Assembly: GCF_036588685.1 (NCBI RefSeq)
Contig: NC_086382.1
Location: 59,396,001 to 59,460,000 of the forward strand
DNA length: 64,000 nucleotides
Direction: 5' to 3'
Source of the DNA: Mytilus trossulus
Taxonomy: Eukaryota
Shown: in pieces, positions 37,801 through 49,800 of the stretch
Layout of the letters: each line of letters opens with the position of its first letter
Numbering within the stretch: the stretch's first letter is position 1
Translations under genes and position numbers: made by a program
Notes under the pieces: generated by a model
Told to the model about the DNA's origin: nothing
Database searches by the model: none
The model's input: only the letters and a program-made list of their open reading frames with translations

Positions 37801-40800
37801 ACATATTTTGCATTTTTTTGTTTTGTTTAACATTGTCTAGACATAATTATTCCAAAACTTTAGTATATTCCTACTAAGCAGACAAATAAACATCAATATT
37901 AGGGGAGTACTTATTAGTGAATAAAATTATGAAAATAGAACTTTACTATTTGATATTTTATAATATAATTATGATGTAAATAAAGTCATATATACTTACA
38001 TTATCTGCCAAGTCAAACAACTTAGAACCACAAAGGGATCCTTTACTCTCTGTGAGATTTAGTTCCATGCTTGACATTTCTGAAAAAAAACCTAAGTTTA
38101 TGAAAAAGAATAAAAAAAGATTTACGGATTGAAAGGGTTGCATTAATTTTAAAATTTCAAGTCTTATTAAATTGTTTCTGATGAATATGTCTTGCATTAT
38201 TCAAAATGTAGACAGTAGAACACATTAAATCTCCTCCACAACTCCATTGCACTTTAACCCTTTCATTCCTATACAAAAAGTCAGATATGAAGACTATGTA
38301 AATCAGTATGATTATCAGAAAAATAAATCAGGAGTTTCTGATTCTTAACATTGTTGGGGGCACTAGATATATGTGTGCATGGACTCGAAATGTGTGGAAA
38401 TGTGATAATTAGATAAATAATATTGACGTGGGTAGCTTACTATTGCTGAAGAAGAACATAATCAGAAAGAATAAACAATTCTTTAAACAAAGTAAATACC
38501 TTCTTTTATCTCTGTATATCCCTCAGTTCTAACTACATAGTACTTCTGACTTCCCTTGGTAACAGTCTGTAGACCAATCAGCATCAAGGTCAAAGGTAAC
38601 GTGTCTTGGTCAGTGTTAAGGTCTAGGTATAGGTTTTTGTTGTTTGGATCAAGGTCAAGGACTTTAATGCAGGTATTGTCTTTAGAGGTCACCATGATAA
38701 ATAAAGAATCAACATTTTCTGGACATTGCAGTTCCCATTTAGAGAAATCTGTGTTTTCACATGCTTCAAGTTCTTCTACTTGGTCCTGTAAAATATATGT
38801 TCAAAGCAAAAATTAAATAAACTTGGAACAAGAATTATCTGCCTATGACCACCGTTTCTGTGTATCAGATTCATGTGGTTAAACATGTTAAGCAGAAGTT
38901 AACTTTAATTGGAGGCATCTTTCAACTTAGTGTAAGACTAGCAGTTATTCATTTAGTAATGGTGGTCAAGCTGGTCTGTAGATGGAACCATCTCATTAAA
39001 AGAGGGAATATGGTTTAATTTGCAGTCATTGGAAAAAAGTTGATATATATGTGAAAAAGAATCCCTAAAATTCATTGATTTTAAGATTTTTGTTTACTAA
39101 TTGGTTATTTTAATTACTTGCAGGAATTTTGATTTCTTGATTCCTGATGCACCAGAATTAATTGCTAAGTTTTTAGAAGGAGAACAAGACATGTCCTGTA
39201 AGAGGAATGCATTTATGATGTTAATTCATGCTGACCAGGTAAGATTATCATTTCAATATATATAATATGGGATTTCTTTTTCTGATATCTGATCAGTCAA
39301 ATGTATTATATACACTCAAAATTCAAATTTATATGATAACCTTATTGCATTTAATTTGTCTGAGAGGAGATATTGGTCAGATATCTATCCAGAGAAAATG
39401 TTGATAAAAAGGTTGATAATGGTTTTTTTGCAAGGGGTAGCAAGCTGCTCTTTCATCCTTGCAGCTACATTTGTATATAAATGATATATTTAATATTTGA
39501 TTAGTTATACTGAATGTTCTTTTGTAAATATCTTTTCCATTGTTATTGATTTCAAATTTAATAAAATCATAAAACTGTTGGTAGAGCTACGTGTTAGAGT
39601 AAAATACATTAATTAACCAATCAAAAACTGGCATATAGAAAAATAGTATTACCTTCTAACCTTGCAAAATGTATGCTGTGTAAGACTTGATTCCTATTTT
39701 ATTATGTATGTAGTTTCATACTGATGATTCACATATTTAAAAGTTAACATTTATTTGTGTTTTAAAAATAAAAAACCCTTCAATATTAAATGAAGACTTC
39801 ATGGTTAACTTGTGCTAAAACAAAAACAAAAATATTATTTTAGGACCGAGCTTTGAACTACCTGAGTAGCTGTATTGACCAAGTGAACTCTTTTGGAGAC
39901 ATTCTACAGTTAGTTATAGTTGAACTGATTTACAAGGTAGGTGTGACAAATCATACAGATTTTATATATGAAAGAGATAAACGATCGGTGTAGGATCATG
40001 TTGATAGCTTACAATTCCCATAGAGTTGTCATCCACTAACTTTTAAAACGTCTGAATGGGTAATTTTTTCAGGACACAAAATGTAAAGTGTTTTCTTAAA
40101 TTTTAGTAAAGTTGTCTCATTTAAGGTGGCTCAGGCCTATTCGAAGTTTCTATCAGAAGTGCCGTATTTTTGGTAATTTTATTCTATAAAGAAAATGAAT
40201 CAAATTGGTCGAGAGAAAAAATAGGGGGTCACAGACCATTTAAGCTCAAAATTTTACTTATAAACAGGTATGTAAAAGGGACCATTTTTTCAATGAAATG
40301 ACAGGGAAAATAGAGGTGTTGACATATTTTTATCGGAATATAAAAAAACGTTCTATGACAATTGGTCCAAAACTGTAATATAGCTTCAAAGAATGAGCCA
40401 ATGAAAAACATAGGTCACCGATAAGGAAAAAAAATGGTTTGTCTTAAAGCCCAAATTTTGGAGGGAAATGGTGAAAATGGGTGAAATGTCATTTTGACTC
40501 TTTAACAAATATGGATAATAACGAAAAATATTCTATTAGTCACATAACTACAATGATTAAACAATTCTAATCAATCAAAATATTTAAAAAATTATATGGA
40601 ATTTACGACAAATACTTTTGTATTTCATGTGTGAAATTATGCACAGTCGAATAGTCCCGAGCTACCTAAAGTAGTACATTTAAAATTTGTACCAGATTTC
40701 TCTTAAGAGACAATTGACAAATAAAATTTAGGGAAATTAATTAGACAAGGAAATACTTCTAATGTAATAGTTCATAAAAAAGCCAAATGGTGTTTACTTT

Positions 40801-43800
40801 TTTCTTAGTTTGTCTGATTCTGAGCTCTATTTCTACATATACAAAGCTAATAAGGCATATAGGAATCAGCCTGTATCTTTCTATCTCTAAACTATCTGAC
40901 TGTTTAAACTAACTTTAGTAAATTTGAAGAACAAAATATTGTTTTTCTTTCTTTTTAGTTTTTGTTGAATTATTCCCCCTTAACATTAAAATTTGCATAC
41001 TGTTCGGTCTGTGTTTTCTTTAGTGACTGATGTTACATTCTTTTTCAGATGTTCATGAAATTTTGTACATTGTAAGATAGCATACAGGTACAATTCAAAT
41101 CCCAGAGTTGTGCCCCTTTGAACCATTTTTTATTTGCTAATCAGAATTGATAGATAGATTAAAATAAAATCAGCATTCATATACCTATCACAAAGGTGAA
41201 ATTATATTTAGTAGTGATATGTTTTGATCTTACAAAAAGTTGAACCTAAAGGTATTTGTGCTGCTCTGAAGACAGTTCTTTTATTTCTGGCAGTCAGTTT
41301 GTTTATAATATATGAATGAACTCATTTCCATGTTTTATTTACAGATTTTTCACCAAGATTTATGAAGGTTTTGATTTGATTTGAAAACATTTTACAACTT
41401 TGTTAAATTGATGATCATTAATTGGCATAAGATGGTCAAAAATGATATATGCACATCATCATATTATGCAAAATTTTTATTGAGAATTTAATTTATTTTA
41501 ACCCTCTTTTAAGGGGTATTCTTCATTTTGGGGGTTATTTCCCAGCTGTTTATAACTCCGATTGAAAGTTTGACTGCTAACTTATTCAATACAGTTTATG
41601 TAAAGTAAGAAGTTTATGCCAGTGATCTGAAATTATACTTGCATTGAATTGTGCCATGAAATAATTAACTTACCCTAGAATTCTGTATTGTAACTTCCAA
41701 GTCACTAAATTGTTTAAGATCACAAATCCTTTGGAAATCAAAATGTTTTGGAACAGTCAGATTTAAATGTTTAAAAAGAGCCATGGTTTGTGCTCTGTGT
41801 TAAAATCATAAATGACAACTCTTGATTGTGGATTTTACAATACTCACTGAAATCTACTCACGATGGCTCACAAGGTCTTGTTATGGTTCAATGATTTATA
41901 TAGGTAAATTAAAGTTTGACTTTGTTTTGTAAACATTAAAGGCCAAAGACTTAAGAAATTACAGAAATAGAAAACAGTGAAAAATCTTAAGGAATAAATA
42001 TGAGTTTTATTTATTTTTAGAAACTTGTATTTTGTTTGAATAATTTTCATTACGTCCATACTTTATTTTCACGTGTTGTCATGGCTAAGTTTTTTTTATC
42101 TGTTATGTAAAAATTCAATAGGAAGGGCTAATTATTGGGTTAGCAGTATAATTCAAAATCATACTATTGATTTTACGTTTTTATGCCCTTTGCTGCGAGG
42201 CAAAAGGGTCATAAAGTTATTTCAACCAAACACAGATCAAGATAGAATGTGGGTGCCGTCACTTTCTCTATTCCGAGAGTTATGTTCTTTTGCAAATGGC
42301 AACATTGTTGAATATGCTGTTTCCATTGCTATGACTTTACTTAACCTCAAACAAATGTTATAAAAACTTATAAATAAAACTTAAAACATGGGAACACAGA
42401 TCGAGTTGGCACTCTCACTGTTCTTAGAGTTATGCCCCTTTACAAATGAAAAAATAGGTGCATTTGCTGTGTCCTCTCTTTAAATTAACTTGTGACTCAA
42501 CCAAATTTTTTTAAACATTCATGATTTCTATATTGTTTATTATAGCTATCTTAAGATAAGAACTTCAATGGTCAAAGAATGCAATAATTTCTACAGACAG
42601 ATCATAAATCGCATGAAAACTTGAGCCTTACAATTAAATTATGCTTAATATACCAAATGTTTACATTTTGTCATTGGTCATCACATGTATAAACAATAGA
42701 AAAAAATAATATAATAGAATATAAAAAAGTTAAAATTTCAGAACAAATATATCATGTATATATGAAAAAGTTGTTACCTTATTCATTATTGATATCAGTT
42801 GTAAGACCATCACATGCACAGATCAGATGTGTTGTAAAAAAGTCAGTACTGATGATAAATGTAAATTTCCAATGATAAAAATACATTGATTTGATCTTGC
42901 AAGATAATATTATACAAATGAACATATAGATAAAAGTAAATTTTTTAAATGTACTTTCGTTTTTAAATTTGACTTTTTGTTCAGGATGAATGTATTTTGC
43001 ATTTTTTTTTTTAATCACAGTTAAACTGTTGACTCATATAAACATTCAATAGTTTTAGATGACTTATGTTTATAGTTTTACATATATACAATGGCTTTTC
43101 AGTTTCTTTTAAGTTTCTTTTTATATGATATTGTGTTTTCCTGATTGCTTATTTTTATGCCCCATGGCCACCTAGGGACATTATGTTGTCCGGTATGTGC
43201 GTCTGTTATCTGTCCACCTGTACCGCTTCAGGTAACAGGTTTTAGTCAAGTTATTTTTTGATAAAGATTGAAGTCTTATCAACTTGAAACTTAGTTCACA
43301 TGTTCCAATTGATATGATCTTTCTAATTTTAATGCCAAATTAGAGTTTTTACCGCAATTTGGCGACCCTTAGTGTGAGTTGGGAATCCTATTACTATAAC
43401 ACATTCTTGTTATTATAAATGAAAAAAAAATTTTGCTTTTTTTAGTATATGATAATGTGTTCTCTTGATTGTTTATTTTTGGTATATGCCTTTGGCTGTT
43501 TTTTTCTCTTTGGTATATGTATCGGATCACTATCATTTCATTGTTTGCATTTGAGTAAAACATAAATTTTGATATCTTTTTACTTTCAGGTTTGCCATGC
43601 CAATCCATCAGAGAGAGCTAGATTTATTAGATGTATTTATAACCTTCTTAACTCTTCAAGTCCTGCTGTCAAATATGAAGCTGCTGGTACCCTGGTTACA
43701 CTATCCAGTGCTCCTACTGCTGTTAAAGTAAGTTGTTATTTCCCTTACAAGATGATCTTAGAAATATTTACAGAAATAATTTTCATTTTTCCCCATTAAA

Positions 43801-46800
43801 TTCTTTTCTGAAATATATAATTTTACACTAAATTGAAATAATATGTTAAATTAAAGCAAGTTTTTGAAGAATATGAATCTGTCAATATGTTTGATTTTAC
43901 CAAAAAACGAAGATGCCACTACTATGTAATGTGTAATTCTAATACTATTGTTTGTATTTTTGCAGTAATTTTAATTCCAAAATGTACCAGAAACTTTTTT
44001 AAATTATTATTATGATAAATTTTGAAGCCTAAGGTTTGAAATAAAACTGATATCTATAGAAATAAAGATTCTTGGTTTTGATTAATTTTGGAATGGAATA
44101 TTGTAATAATATTGCCTGCATTTATTATTGCTATTGGACTAAAATGCAATTTTAATTTTTGTGATATTGAGAAAAAAAATCCTGTTTAATTTGTACAAAA
44201 AATTTCAAAATCGAGTTAAAATTATAGTGATTATAACCCTGTCACATTTTCCCTATAATAAAAACATAGCAATAACTTTGAATTTACAGTACTTGTACAA
44301 TATAAATGTCTTATTTCTATATTTTAGGCTGCCGCCAGTTGTTATATTGAATTGATCGTAAAAGAAAGTGACAATAATGTCAAACTGATTGTTCTGGACA
44401 GACTGATAGCACTCAGAGAGGTGCCAGCACATGAGAAAGTTTTACAGGTACATGTATTGTCTTTGTTATATCTATGTAAATTGGATGATATCTGTTTAGA
44501 ATTTTTGATTTAAATTTTGGTAACACACAAGAATTTATGTAATGCTGTGACAGTTCAGGCATCTAAATGTTATAATGAGCATTTTTTTCAAGACAAAAAA
44601 AATTATGGGTTTCATGGAAATAAGGAATTTCATCCATAAGAATAATAAATTTATTAGAAAAAAAAATATATTCAATAAAGGAAAGTTATCAGAAAGTTTT
44701 GTGTGATGATGATTATAAAACAAATTGATTATTCTTCATTTGTATAAGGGTAAGATTTCTGACTCATTAATCATTCAAGCTCATGTTGTAAACGTAAAAT
44801 TCCGAGCGTTCATAATTTATAAGTAAACACCATATTTGTAGAAAATATCAGTCCTGATGATTTATTCACATTACATGTATGACATGTACTATACAGACGT
44901 TACATAAAATACAAAATACACGGCATACACTCCGATAGTACAAACATTCAGCCATGTTGTCCATCCGGCAACACATCTCTCCCTCTCTCACGTCACTATC
45001 ACACCGTCAAAAATACGGGAAACAACGTTAACACTGTTTGCGACATTACCGACATGAAGACAAAGTCACATTCACAACACTACTCCTTCTTTTCAAGAAT
45101 ATTTCGTCCTCGAAATAAAAGATAATCAAGACAAATTGCGTTTTCGTGTTTTCCAGTTCATCTCAGGTAACATTGACGATTCACAGGAGCAAACATCACG
45201 TGTATAACTGTTTTCATAGATGTTACTATCTCTGAATTGGGTGAACCCATTTCTACGTACAAGTTCTTTATATGTGAAGTCCTTTCCGTATACTGGTCTC
45301 GATAAACCAGTATATATTGAAACTCTGGGTTTGTCATAATTTTTTTCATCATCATTTTTAGAAATATCAAACTGTACGTCACTTTGCTCAATGGGTGCCA
45401 ATTTTCGGACGCTAACTACCTCTACCTTACCAGAGGGTATCTTCTGTTGTTCAACGTTTGGACTTCCAAAATTAGTTGTCATTAGCTTAGAAACGTTTGC
45501 AACTGCAACCTCAGTTGCCTCAACAATTTCATTAAGTTCCTCATATTTCATCTCAGCCTTTCTAACAATAACATTCTCTGTTCCACCAGTAACTACTGCT
45601 TGCTTTTTAACGTGCGGAAGTTTCAAGATAGCTATCTCTTTGTCCAAAACTTTCGCAACTTCAAATTCAGTTGCCTCAATAACGTCACAAAATTCCTCAT
45701 GTTTCAATTCATATGTTCCGCAATGTAATAAACCGACTGTTCATTCGGATAAACGAAATTATTACGAACATTTAATTTACCAACATTATAATTCTCTTTT
45801 CCCAATTTCTGGTTACTACTATATAGACTAATGTCGTTTTGCATATCAACGACTGTATTTTCAGAAACTTTATTCCTCCGAATATCATGCTCTTTGAAAT
45901 TCATATTACGCTTATTGCCTATTTCAAAATGTTTCTCAAAGTTACTGTCTTCAGTGCAACACGATTTTTCTACGGACTTTAAATATTGTCTACAATGTTC
46001 CTGCCACAATATTTCTTTGATAAGTTCACTAACTGTTGACGGTTCTTTAGTCAGAACTCTATATCCAATGTTACCATCAGGATATCCATATATAGCATAC
46101 TCAGTAATCAGCTTCACTAATAAATCTTCGTTCACACCAGGGAATGATTTCCGAACATTTATCTCAGTTCTACATACGTACTCTTGAACGCTTTCACTTG
46201 TAAGCATAGTTATATTTCTCAATTTCATTCTACAAATCTGAGCAGTCTCAATATCACCAAATCGACTTTTCAATGCAGAATACAAAACAGTTACATTATA
46301 AAGATCTCTGTGTGGTAAATACGACACATATTCTAAAGCTTTACCTCTCAGTGAAGTAACCAAATAAAAAGCCATATCACTAGATGACAAATTAAAACGT
46401 TCAGCAAAGATAGAAAATTTCATCCAGAAACCTTCAAAAAGTTCGATACCGTCAAACTCTGGTAAGTCACACCAGCTCATGGTTAATATATATCAAAATG
46501 CTGACGAATATAAGTTACAGACATACATAAAACAACAAATATTTATAGATAAACGTAACAATGTTGATTTCTTTCAAATTTGCACCTTAGATTATCATTT
46601 TATCCTTAATGCTAACACTGAACAAAAAGGTTTAATTCATTTCCCTCCACTTTTGATGATTAAATACTTCTCTGTGCATTATGTGGTCGAATCTCTTTTT
46701 ATTCCAATATCAATTTTGAAATGGTGAAATTTCATAGTCCATGGCAGTGCCGTATCTTCCTTCTGTTGTAATGTACATTTGGTCACAATCGTATTGTAGA

Positions 46801-49800
46801 ATAAACGGTACCTTCATTGTTTAATTTCATATTTCCTCCCCTCTTTAAATGCATTCCGTCTGTATAAAAATATAAATCATCTGTTTGCGTAGATCCGTTT
46901 CTGTTCGCTGCCACCAATGTTGTAAACGTAAAATTCCGAGCGTTCATAATTTATAAGTAAACACCATATTTGTAGAAAATATCAGTCCTGATGATTTTTT
47001 CACATTACATGTATGACATGTACTATACAGACGTTACATAAAATACAAAATACACGGCATACACTCCGATAGTACAAACATTCAGCTATCTTGTCCATCC
47101 GGCAACACATCTCTCCCTCTCTCACGTCACTATCACACAACGTCAAAAATACGGGAAACAACGTTAACACTGTTTGCGACATTACCGACATGAAGACAAA
47201 GTCACATTCACAACACTCATATAAATTGTTTCTTTCAGGAATTAGTAATGGATATACTGAGAGTATTGAGTGCACCAGATTTGGAAGTCAGGAAGAAAAC
47301 ATTGGGCTTGGCATTGGATCTGGTAACCTCCAGAAATATCGAAGAGGTAGGTCAAGGGAGATAATCAATAATAAATACAAAGTTAGAAGTATCTTCATTG
47401 ATAAGATAATTCTGTGGATTCATTATAATTTGTGGGATACTTAATTATCTGGATTTCGTAGGTGCAAGTGAACAAGGAATTTTGTATGTTAAAAGAAAAT
47501 AAAAAAAATTTGCTCAATCGATGAAAATTGGTATTGTCGAAGTTATTTATGACTTATTTCTGTAATTGCTTTATTGATATAATTCAATATCGCAGGAAAA
47601 TTGCTGAGGAAATTCATGTAAAAGGAATGAAAAAGAACTTTATCATTGCAGATAAAATTAAATGAATCATTAACAACTTTCAATATTGTAGATGGTCTTG
47701 GTTTTGAAAAAAGAAGTTGTGAAAACCAACAATGTAGAACATGAAGATACAGGGAAATATCGTCAAATCCTGGTCAGAACACTTCATCAATGTAGCATCA
47801 AGTTCCCAGATATAGCTATCACTATTATACCTGTGGTAAGTCAAATATAAAAGTATGAAATATTGAATCATTGATGTGTTTATCCAAAATTATTATTAAA
47901 ATATGTGTTAAAGTAGAAAAGACTATATATTTTAGATTCCATTTAACAATATTTAAATGCAATATGTGGTAAAGTTGAAAATATAATTGAGAATGGAAAT
48001 GGGGAATATGTCAAATATACAACATGCTGACTAAAGAGCAGATAACGGGAACGCCACCAATGGGTCTTGAATACATCAAGATAATCCTGCAACAGGAGGT
48101 GGGCCTTGTCTGGTTCAAAGACTATCTATTCCTATATACCATTTGGGGAAAAAAATCTTTTTTAAATACAAAATCAACTTTTAAAAGAAAACATATATTC
48201 TTTCTAATTCTATATTGAAAAGAACTTACATGGGATGATATTATCATTAATTGAATGGCCATGAGTTTAACATAACACCTTAAATGTACTTTCAGTTGAT
48301 TGAATTTCTGTGTGATCAAAATGAGTTAGCTGCCCTTGATGTACTTGTATTTGTAAGAGAAGCCATTCAGAGATTTGAATCTCTTAGACCAGTCATCAAC
48401 AGTAAACTCCTAGAGGTTTTCCCATCTGTCAAAGCATTGAAGTAAGATTTTGTTATTCTCCTCATACCTATAGGTTGTTAAAACTTGTGATATATAAAAT
48501 CTTTAAGGACAATAAAGGTATTAAAATCACATAAACAAATAAGAAAAAGTTATTTTCACTATTAACTGATGGAATTCTGTTGTTGATAAGTAAAGTTCAA
48601 GTGTGATTAATACATTATTTTATTTGATAAAAAAAGTAATTTCAAATTGACTAATGATTTTTTTTAAACATCACATTTAATATTCTAAATCTATAACATT
48701 TATTATACTAAATGTCTAATGACCATATTTTCAATAGAATACACAGAGCAGCTTTATGGATCCTTGGAGAGTACTGCACCAACTCTGAAGATATACAAAG
48801 TGTGATGACCTTGATAAGACAGTCTCTTGGTGAGGTAGGTCAGCTTGGAAATATATGTGTACACAAAAAACCTTATGCCATAAGACGCCCACAGATATGC
48901 AACCATTACAGTCTTTATGATCAATAGCGCTCAAATTCTCCTCCTAAGAATTCATAAAAGTTAACTCTACTCAACTATGCATGATCTCAAAAAGACCATG
49001 TTTTTTCTTAGGTTATTGAGTGTATTAAATGGAAAGTTGAGATACAACTTGTCAGTATTAGTAAAATATGCTACTTGTTTCAGATTTTTGGAAGTTATAT
49101 GCGAATGAGGGGCAACAAAATTTAAATAAAAATATTCAAGACAAATATAGAAAATTAAGGAGTGAATTTTATCGGCCTCTGGATATTTTTAAATTGACTA
49201 CATGTTCTGTAGATTCATTAATTATCCTTGGCATCAATTTTCATGCATAGAATGATCAGTGGTTTTGGCAAAATCTGCATTGAATCCTACAGAAAATGTT
49301 TACCTCATTGAACAATTAATTTAATGGTTAACTTAAACCTAAGAGATCCATGAAATTCGGCATCCAACAAATAATGAATCTACAGTATTCTTTCACATAA
49401 CATTGACATGTTTTAGATACCTATTGTTGATGATGAGATTAAGAAAGCTGCTGGCGAGGTAGATGAAGATGAGATGCAGTCCACTGGTTCTGTTCAGAAG
49501 TTAGTAACAGCAGACGGCACTTACGCTACTCAGAGTGCATTCAGTTCTACTACTGTTTCTAAGAAGGAAGAAAGGTAGGCTTGATTTATTTTTATATAAT
49601 GATTATACAATTTTTAAACACATAAAATGGTTTAATAATTTTCCTTTCTATGCTTTATATTTATTTGTACAATGACTAAATTATTTAATTTGGTTTTTTA
49701 TATAGTTGAAATCTGGGCTATTTAGAACATGACATTTGGTATGGATACTGTTCGTGTTTTCGTGTAATTTCATAATGTTATACCTGACATCTCTTTACAG

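Larger units (their letters stand above)
44784..47215 (-). mobile_element. Non-autonomous LTR retrotransposon (gag only, no pol), Ty3/gypsy-like
   Basis: LTRs at 44784-45079 and 46918-47215 with TGTTGT...ACAACA termini, differing by about 3 substitutions and one 2-nt indel. 4-bp TSD CTCA (44780-44783, 47216-47219). PBS TGGTGGCAGCG at 46916-46906 (tRNA-Leu-like 3' end). Polypurine tract GAAAAGAAGGAGTAG at ~45094-45080. Confidence 0.95.

Noticed and set aside
45704-45707. Apparent ATGA stop-start coupling between gag and ORF2
   Set aside because: The ORF2 'start' is TTG (T-TGA overlap), not ATG; the M in the track is an alternative-start artefact.
45391-46187. Plus-strand ORFs of 146 and 118 aa
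   Set aside because: Antisense shadows of gag and ORF2.
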